DNA from: Octopus vulgaris
Lineage: Eukaryota
NCBI GenBank assembly: GCA_951406725.2
Contig: OX597814.1
Span: 155,558,001 to 155,622,000, forward strand
Length of the DNA stretch: 64,000 bases
Direction: 5' to 3'
The notes under the pieces are model-generated. The model made no database searches, was not told where the DNA came from, and worked only from the letters and a program-made list of their open reading frames with translations. This document shows positions 56,226-64,000 of the stretch, in pieces. The translations under genes and the position numbers were made by a program. Positions within the stretch are counted from its first letter, which is position 1, and each line of letters begins with the position of its first letter.

Positions 56226-57575
56226 GTATTCTCATTGACACTTACTTTGATATTTAGATCCACGTGCGTTCTGGCAGAAAATGGCAACCCTAAAGATCCA
56301 GTATACATTAAAAAGAGAAACAAAAACAATTAGGAACATTATAAGGCACACCATTTTAAGACACTTGGAATGCAAGTCACTCTAACGCCTAGTTCAGATG
56401 CATCATGCAACACACAGATCTGCTTGCTCATCGACGAATGCTATAGTAGGAACGGGATTTATGAAAATGTTCAGGGGTAATGTAAAAAAGCTGTTCTTTT
56501 TGCGGCAGATGAGGGAATGTAGTAACTTTACAACTTGTCATTATAACAGCCATAGACGTGTAACTAAGACATTGTTTAAGTACAATATTCAGTTGAAATC
56601 TATTATGGTGAAGTGTCATGAACCGACCATCTATAAACCACATCCACGACATTCAAATCCAATTATTATTGTACATTCGTGTGGCTGATAATAGTTTACT
56701 TCGAGTATCTGTTTATTTGCTTTACTAGATTTGGTGCTTAAGTGCTTAAGTCTGATTAAACGTTAGTCATACCAAGTACCGATAACGATATGCTTACACA
56801 AATATTGAGAGTAAAGCCGTAACGGAAAGTTAATATTCTAAGACATTTCGAGCGATGTCTCACTTTGTTTCCTTCCTTCTTCATTTTTCTCACATGCATA
56901 CATGTACACACTTTTCGAATAATAAAACACGCCTGTGCATAAAAAGGTACGCACAGGGTCATATTCAAAACACAGATACATAAGGAGATACATAGAAACG
57001 AACCCTGGAAAACATTAAAACATGCTCACATACACATTCGTACTTGCTTTTCTATCATATTCAGTATATTGCCATGCAAAGAAATGTATACGCAAACATT
57101 CATACTTACAGTAAGATTACATGTTTTTACATACACATAGACAGAAAAGCATATTTAAAAATACTTTTAAATATACAGACGGATGTAAACACATTGTGTG
57201 AACATTTAGGTTTACATAAATATTCACAAAATGGACGCATGCATTCAAATACATATGCTCATCGCAACAAACATATTCTTACATTATTCCTCTCAATGCA
57301 GAATGACTGAAATAGAAACCATTTCTATTGTGAGATAATATACATTATATGTAGCTGATCTTATAGCTGATCTTTAATACAGATATACTGTGAGATAGTT
57401 ATTAGGTAGACATCTATGACCATACATTTGCGGACTACGACGTATTAATGAAATCTGTTCAGAAATTCTGAAATTTGGCATCAGTTCTGTTGAATGTGTG
57501 GGAGAAAATTGTGAGGATTGTGAGAAATATATATATATTGTATAAATATATATATATATACATTCATTCATAAAC

Positions 57576-57624
<49 letters not shown>

Positions 57625-57665
57625 TATATATGTATACATATACATACATACATATACACACGCAC

Positions 57666-57719
<54 letters not shown>

Positions 57720-57810
57720 AATATATATATATACATACATTCATAGACACATACATATATATATATATATATACACATATATATATGTATACATATACAT
57801 ACATACATAT

Positions 57811-57847
<37 letters not shown>

Positions 57848-57859
57848 ATATATATATAT

Positions 57860-58255
57860 AGGCGCAGACGTGGCTGTGTGGTAAATAGCTTGCTTCCTAA
57901 TCACATTGTTCTAGGTTCAGTCCCACTGTGTAGTACATTAGGAAAGTGTATTCCACTATAGCCTCTGACTGAGTAAAGCATCGTGAGTGGATTAGGTAGA
58001 CGGAAACTGAAAGAATCCCACCGTATATATATATGTGTGTGTGTGTGTATGTCTTTGTGTGTGTCCTTTTATGCCCCTACATCACTTGACAACCGGTGTT
58101 GGTGTTTTTACGTCAACGTAAATTAGATATTTGGTTAAAAGAGACCTATAGAATAAGTACAAGGCTTAAAAATAGATGTGGATTTTTCAACTAACTCTTC
58201 AAGACGTTGCTCCGGCATAGCCGCAGTCGATGGGCTGAAAGAACTGAAAGATAAA
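57860..58255 (+). mobile_element. SINE family A, diverged full-length copy
   Basis: Head aggcgcagacgtggctgtgtggtaaatagc through to tail tccggcatagccgcagtcgatgggctgaaa. Confidence 0.85.
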
Positions 58256-58324
58256 GATATTCACATACATACATACATACACACATACATACATACATAC
58301 ATACATACATACATACACACACAT

Positions 58325-58408
<84 letters not shown>

Positions 58409-59309
58409 TTGGAGAATCTATTATGAATGTCCAAAGAAAATGGTAACGATGTAGCGATGTAGTACTGCTGGACTGTTCCTTTGAAGATCAGAAGTTTTAT
58501 TTGTTGTACCCCTAAGTACAACATATGCATTGTACTTAGGGGTACAATATGCATTTTTACAAGCTTAGTAAACTACAGTAAAGTGTTTTAACCAAGGCTG
58601 CATCTTAAGTAATAGGGACCGAACAGAGGACATTATCAGTGAGATCCCAGTTAACAAACAAATATGCCACGTGCTATTTAATGATCAATAAAATATACAA
58701 AGCCAGCATTGTTTTGGCATTGATTCAATCAACTTATTCGAAGTAAAAATATCTTCCCGTAAGACAAACAATAATCAAACTAAAATCTGTGCTGTATGAA
58801 ATATTGATTTCCAACTTTGATAAGAGGCTATGCATTTTGGAGGAAGGATTAGTCACTTAAATCGACATTAGCACTTTACTAGTGAATATTTCATCGATCC
58901 TGTAAGGCGGCGAACTGGAAGAATCGTCAAACATACGGAAAACGTTTTGCAGTATTTGCTCGAACTCTTTATGCTCTGAACTCAAGTTCCGCTGATATAA
59001 ACTTTGCTTTTCGTTCTTTCCTGATCGATAAAATGGAGCATCAGTTTAGTAATGGGTTTGATATCATTGACAAACATTTTACGCATAAAATTGCTGGCCC
59101 TGCGCTTAATCTCAAAACACGTCATTGATTCCATAATACTGAAAGATAAAGTTGACTCCGGTGTTGTTTGAACTTAGCAAAATGTAGAATTATAAGTTTA
59201 GTAGAAGTAGCAGAAGGTTCCAAGGTGTCCAGTTAAAGGCTTAATTTCTTTTTAAAGTTGAATATCTCGGCGCATTTTAAGGACTTTCATAAAATGTACC
59301 TCATTATAT

Positions 59310-59540
59310 ATATATATATAGTTAATCCAAACAAGAAAACAAAACCAAAAAAACAACAACGCAAGGACGTGGAACAACTAAAGTATTATTGGACGCTCAG
59401 GAAAGAAGGGAAGAAGGAGCTTTTGACGTTTCGAGCGGAGCTCTTCGTCGGAAACATAGGAGAAGGAAAGATCCCGAGAAGGGAAGACAGGGGAAAAAAT
59501 CGCTAGTGATACAGACGAGGTCACATACTAAAAAGTATAT
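59310..59540 (-). mobile_element. Solo PLE pseudo-LTR next to (TA)n, containing a minimal hammerhead at 59422-59454
   Basis: Minus strand reads ttt CCGACGA a gagc tcc gctc GAAA cg TC aaa, the same architecture as the pLTR at 4978-5100. Confidence 0.75.
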
Positions 59541-60199
59541 ATATAATTATGTCCTTACTTATATTTCAGTAAAGCAAGTTACAACTCGAAAACAATTTCT
59601 ATTAGATATGTAGCATATAACACCAGATCACAGAACTGTATTTCTTAAAATATATTACTTATAAATATAGTAATTTTTGGGAAAATAAAGTATTGTTCTT
59701 TTGTTACGGCTTACGGTATAACAGAAGATCCACAACATCATCCATTCCAAAATAAAGTACAAAGCTAGCTTAACATTTAGATGTACATGCATTTAATAAT
59801 ATGACTGAGTAGTCAAACTTTTAAATGATCGCCTCGCATTTATAGCAACCTAGTTTCATGGCACCTTGGGCAAGCGATATTTTCTAGAATCATGGGTCGA
59901 CTCATACCGTTTGAGTAAAACTAGGTAGGCAGAAACTATAACGAAAACCGTCAGATGGATTGTATTTCATGATTATAAAGCCCAGTTTTCTCCCACCGTG
60001 TTATATTGATTGTACCTGATAATTACATATGTGAATATTTTATTGGGTAAGTTATGTTTAAAATACTTGGCTGGTGAGTGCCGTTGCTGCTGTTGCCATC
60101 ACTGGTTGTTTTCAGCTTCAGAGGCTGAGAGAAGTAGGGTTTGAAATTGAGAAGGTAGACCCAATAAAATTCCATCAAGTGGAAGAGATTTTTTTTATG

Positions 60200-60997
60200 T
60201 AGGGGAGACCGAGTCTATTGTTACACGAGTAAGGTGTCACAAGCCCATTGTTTCCAACTTCAAGAAATAGGTTGCATTCGGCTCTCTACCTCTTGAAGGG
60301 CAACTCCATAACATCATGACTACACTTATGTATTGCACTGGCGGGCTGTCACCAGGAAAGGTATGACACAAAAACGACTTTTTACTCCAAAAGTGAAATT
60401 TTAGTAGTTATTTCCATGACTATTAAAGCACAAGAGGTGTAACTGAAGTAGTTTGTGGTTCATTAGGAAGTGTTAGAAGTTGACTTCGATACATGAAGGT
60501 CTGTCCTGGATTCCATGCATTGCTAGTGGTGTGTACGAGGTAATCCCCAGAAATCCATGGTTAGGGCTAATTGTTCCAGTGTATCAACTTACTCCAGGCA
60601 CCTACACCAGGACCAAGTTTTCCTGCTGGTGTTGTTACAATCCCAGAGATGGTGTACCCTTTAAAGAAGGATTCCTCCAGGAAACCAGGTCGAGGTCGTG
60701 GAAGTCACAAAAGGTTCCAAACAGCCATTCTAACCCTAGCTCACGTAAAACAGCGCATAGTGGACGAAATAAACGAACGGAAATCCAAACCAAAGAAGGC
60801 AACTTGTATAGAAAAGGCAACAAAGAGGAAGGGTAAGTTAAATAAAACAGGTAAAGGCAAAAGGAAGCAGCCTCGCAGCAAGCAAGTTTCCGATTGGAAA
60901 TGCTTTGTCTGCTCAGATTGGTATTCCAACCCCCTTCCAGGTGAAGAATGGGTGCAACGCATGATCTGTAAAGACTCGGCACACACTGACTGTATCG
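60200..60997 (+). mobile_element. pogo/Tigger-like DNA transposon remnant (left end and C-terminal PHD-finger region)
   Basis: The left end taggggagaccgagtctattgttacacgagtaaggtgtcaca resembles pogo-type termini. The ORF has KRFQTAILT, a K-rich linker and CFVCSDWYSNPLPGEEWVQRMICKDSAHTDC (PHD-like, one Cys lost). Confidence 0.7.
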
Positions 60998-61081
60998 AAG
61001 AAGAAGAAGAAGAAGAAGAAGAAGAAGAAGAAGAAGAAGAAGAAGAAGAAGAAGAAGAAGAAGAAGAAGAAGAAGAAGAAG

Positions 61082-61110
<29 letters not shown>
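60997..61110 (+). repeat. (GAA)n microsatellite
   Basis: Direct reading of the sequence. Confidence 0.98.
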
Positions 61111-61112
<2 letters not shown>

Positions 61113-61419
61113 GGGGCAGCATCATAGCCGTGTGTTGAGAGGAGTTCTTAGAGGTTTGGATAATTCACCTTTGGAAACATGGGTGGTTCGTTCAACATCC
61201 GTAAACAATCCTTATTCGGGGACATTTTGATCGGGATGGGCTACTCGACCAGAAGAAACCTGTAACTGGGCCCCAAGATCATGCGCTGTTTATCTTGATA
61301 TGAGATCACCATGTCGCGCACATATGGTTGTGATACATGTGCCTGGTGTACTCTTATCAGACGGGTAGTCATGATGGATATATTGGGTTTCTTTGATGGC
61401 ATGCACTGCTCTGTCACTC

Positions 61420-61420
<1 letters not shown>
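61111..61420 (+). mobile_element. 3'UTR of an RLE-type (Hero/R4-like) non-LTR retrotransposon ending in (AAT)n
   Basis: GC-richer ~310 bp block ending tgatggcatgcactgctctgtcactc(aat)n. I recognise it from memory as a common octopus repeat; the clade call is tentative. Confidence 0.5.
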
Positions 61421-61481
<61 letters not shown>

Positions 61482-61549
61482 TGATGATGATGATGATGAT
61501 GATTACAATAATAACAAATTTCAAAATTTATTTTTTCTACTATTAAGAG

Positions 61550-61659
61550 TGAAATTACTGGGGATGAAATTGACCGGCAGTAGAATTACCGGGGAGTCAA
61601 ATTATCGGAGTCATAATACCGGGTGTCATATTACCAGGAGTCAAATTACCTAGAATCGG
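61550..61659 (+). repeat. Subterminal array of about 7 degenerate 14-16 bp repeats (gagtcaaattaccgg-like), probable DNA-transposon end
   Basis: Units gtgaaattactggg, atgaaattgaccgg, gtagaattaccggg, gtcaaattatcgg, gtcataataccgg, gtcatattaccagg and gtcaaattacctag, terminating in ctagaatc. Confidence 0.6.
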
Positions 61660-62502
61660 GACGGGCCAATCTTTGGCTGAAACATATCTAGGTTATCTGA
61701 GGTTATCTAAATTATATACAGCGTTTTCCAGCTGCGATCCATCAACAATTGTATGTATCAGTGAATTACCCAACCATTCATACATGTTAATTCAATGACC
61801 TTAGCAGATGAGTTACTTGAACAACTTCACACTCATAGTAGGACTGGCATCTATTTTTTCATGTATATGTAACTCCAAACTTGTTATTACAAGGTTTCTA
61901 ATCTGACACTCTTACTTCTTCACACATCTAATACGTACAGCCTACGCAATTTACTTTTATCTCTAGATAAATATGTCACTTGTATCAACGAAGAACTTTG
62001 TAAGAAGATTATGTCTTTATAACTGCACGTTAATTAAAATCCTATCTTTTTATGAATCTAGACGGCTGCCCACGTAAAAATACATGTATTTCATTTATTT
62101 TCTAATCGACATATCTTCAAACAACACTCTTCACACAGTATTTGAAATAGTTGTTGTATTGTTACTCTCCTAAAACAATTAAATATATGAATTTTACACG
62201 ATACATTTTGCTTTTCTTAAACATTTTATAGCACTTATATGATATGCAAATTTTTGCTTGTATATGTGAAATAATGCATTTTAAAACCCCCTAAAATTAA
62301 AATAATGTGAATGCTCTATATAAATGCTCTTCTCTGTTGTCGGAGTTAGAGGTGTAGAATTCGGAACTGGGTTTTAAATGAACTGCAAATTCAGAACCAA
62401 AATCTAAGCAGAGTGGTGTTATATGAAGTGACTGCTGAAATGTTTCTCCCAAATTCTTTGTGTACTATTATGTATATATAATATAATATATGCATATATA
62501 TA

Positions 62503-62556
<54 letters not shown>

Positions 62557-62658
62557 GTATGTATATATATATATATATATTATATATATGTATATATATA
62601 TTATATGTTATATATATATATATGTATGTATATGTATGTATGTATGTATGTATATATA

Positions 62659-62731
<73 letters not shown>

Positions 62732-63129
62732 ATCCTTTTCTCCAAACGCACACTGGTCAACGCTTATAAAGACCATGTTTACACGTGTTTACATTGGGAA
62801 AAAACACACTTTCGTTCGAAAATGATTTAACTTTATATCTCTTGAATAAATCTTCTAAATGGATAAAATTTGAATATACCCTTTAATATGATAGAATGTT
62901 TTTCGCGATTATGCAAAAAAGCTTGTTTGAACCCACCAACAGCATTCAACGTTCTCTATTCTATATTGTGTGTTTTACATCACAATATTCTGCTCGCTAT
63001 TATTTCTTCGAGTGCCGTTGTTAAAAACGATTATATATGGCAAAGATTTTAAATTTTTATCCTATAAACATTTCACACTGCAAATCATTAGTATTTTTTA
63101 TATGGAAAACATTATGTCGTGATGTGTTC

Positions 63130-63528
63130 CTTTACTTTTTTCAGTCAGATCACGGCGGCCATGCTGGAGTACTGCCTTAAAGGTTTTTTTTATTCGAAGA
63201 AATCTACACCAGGACTTATTCCTTGTAAGCCTAGTACTTATTCTATCAGTCTCTTTTGCTGAACCGCCAAGTTACGGGGACGTAAACACATCAACATCGG
63301 TTGTCAAGCGATGGTGCGGGGACAAGCACAAACACAAAACTACACACTCATATGTATATACACACGACGTGCTTCTTTCAATTTCCGTCTACCAAATACA
63401 CTCACTAGATTTTGGTCAACCCGAGGCTATAGTAGAAGATACTTGCCCAAGGTGCCACGCAGTGAGACTGAATCCGAAACCATGTGGTTAGGAAGCAAAC
63501 TACTTACCACACAGCCCCGCCTGCGCCT
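63130..63528 (-). mobile_element. SINE family A, diverged full-length copy
   Basis: Reverse complement match from the aggcgcaggcggggctgtgtggtaag head to the ccagcatggccgcc tail. Confidence 0.88.
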
Positions 63529-64000
63529 AGATAGCTCTCACAATATCTATAAATGGCTATTTTGCAGAGCACTGTAAATACATGAATCCTTACAATTGCA
63601 AGTGAACTCAAATGGATGGACTATTATGATTTCTCCTGTTACGTTTGAAGCGTAAAAATAAAAGTAATAGATTTTATATGTAGGAGGAGAGGCATAATTT
63701 GTATGAATACACATTAGGATTCATTCTAATGGCCGGTTTCTACACGTCGATAACTGATATCTACTCATTTGATTCCCAATTTGCGTTATTTTTCTGATAT
63801 GTTACGTCTAATTTTCACTTGAATCCTTCATTCCTTTAGTAGTGCTGGCACGCTGTGTAAATTTAGATAATAACTACAGAAACGTGCCCGACAGAATTTA
63901 ATTCCATATAACGTTCTGAAAAAGGGAATTCTTTTATAAATATCTTTCAGATAGCATGGATTACGATTATATTGGAATATGTCGTCATAAATTTCAGAAA

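Noticed and set aside
60571-61230. 219-aa ORF as a host PHD-finger gene
   Set aside because: It starts at TTG, has lost one zinc ligand, and is a chimera of transposase tail, (GAA)n and a retroelement UTR.
61550-61659. Short regularly spaced repeats resembling a mini CRISPR or iteron array
   Set aside because: The repeats are contiguous and degenerate with no spacers, as is typical of DNA-transposon subterminal repeats.

Overview
This is AT-rich, microsatellite-saturated eukaryotic DNA, almost certainly octopus (coleoid cephalopod), judged from two recognisable tRNA-derived SINE families. I could not support any intact host protein-coding exon. Nearly all supplied ORFs are translations of (TA)n, (CA)n, (TACA)n or trinucleotide repeats, or of decayed transposon ORFs. 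The identifiable content is mobile DNA: SINEs, R4/Dong-, RTE-, CR1/L2- and L1/Tx1-type LINE fragments, Penelope-like elements (PLEs; RT and GIY-YIG remnants), mariner and pogo-like remnants, and two non-autonomous Helitrons. The most notable structure is at 31963-34950. It holds four near-identical 535-536 bp non-coding tandem units, each carrying a canonical type I hammerhead ribozyme on the minus strand with a palindromic stem III. The array is capped by a ~340 bp fold-back palindrome and immediately followed by a second, unrelated ~497 bp hammerhead-bearing unit on the plus strand. At least six further hammerhead-like motifs with different catalytic-core variants, including a G3:C8 swap, sit in PLE-type termini across the window, mostly embedded in (TA)n tracts. 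This pattern fits a multi-family retrozyme / PLE-satellite system that could produce self-cleaved circular RNAs. Folds were derived by eye; activity and expression are untested.
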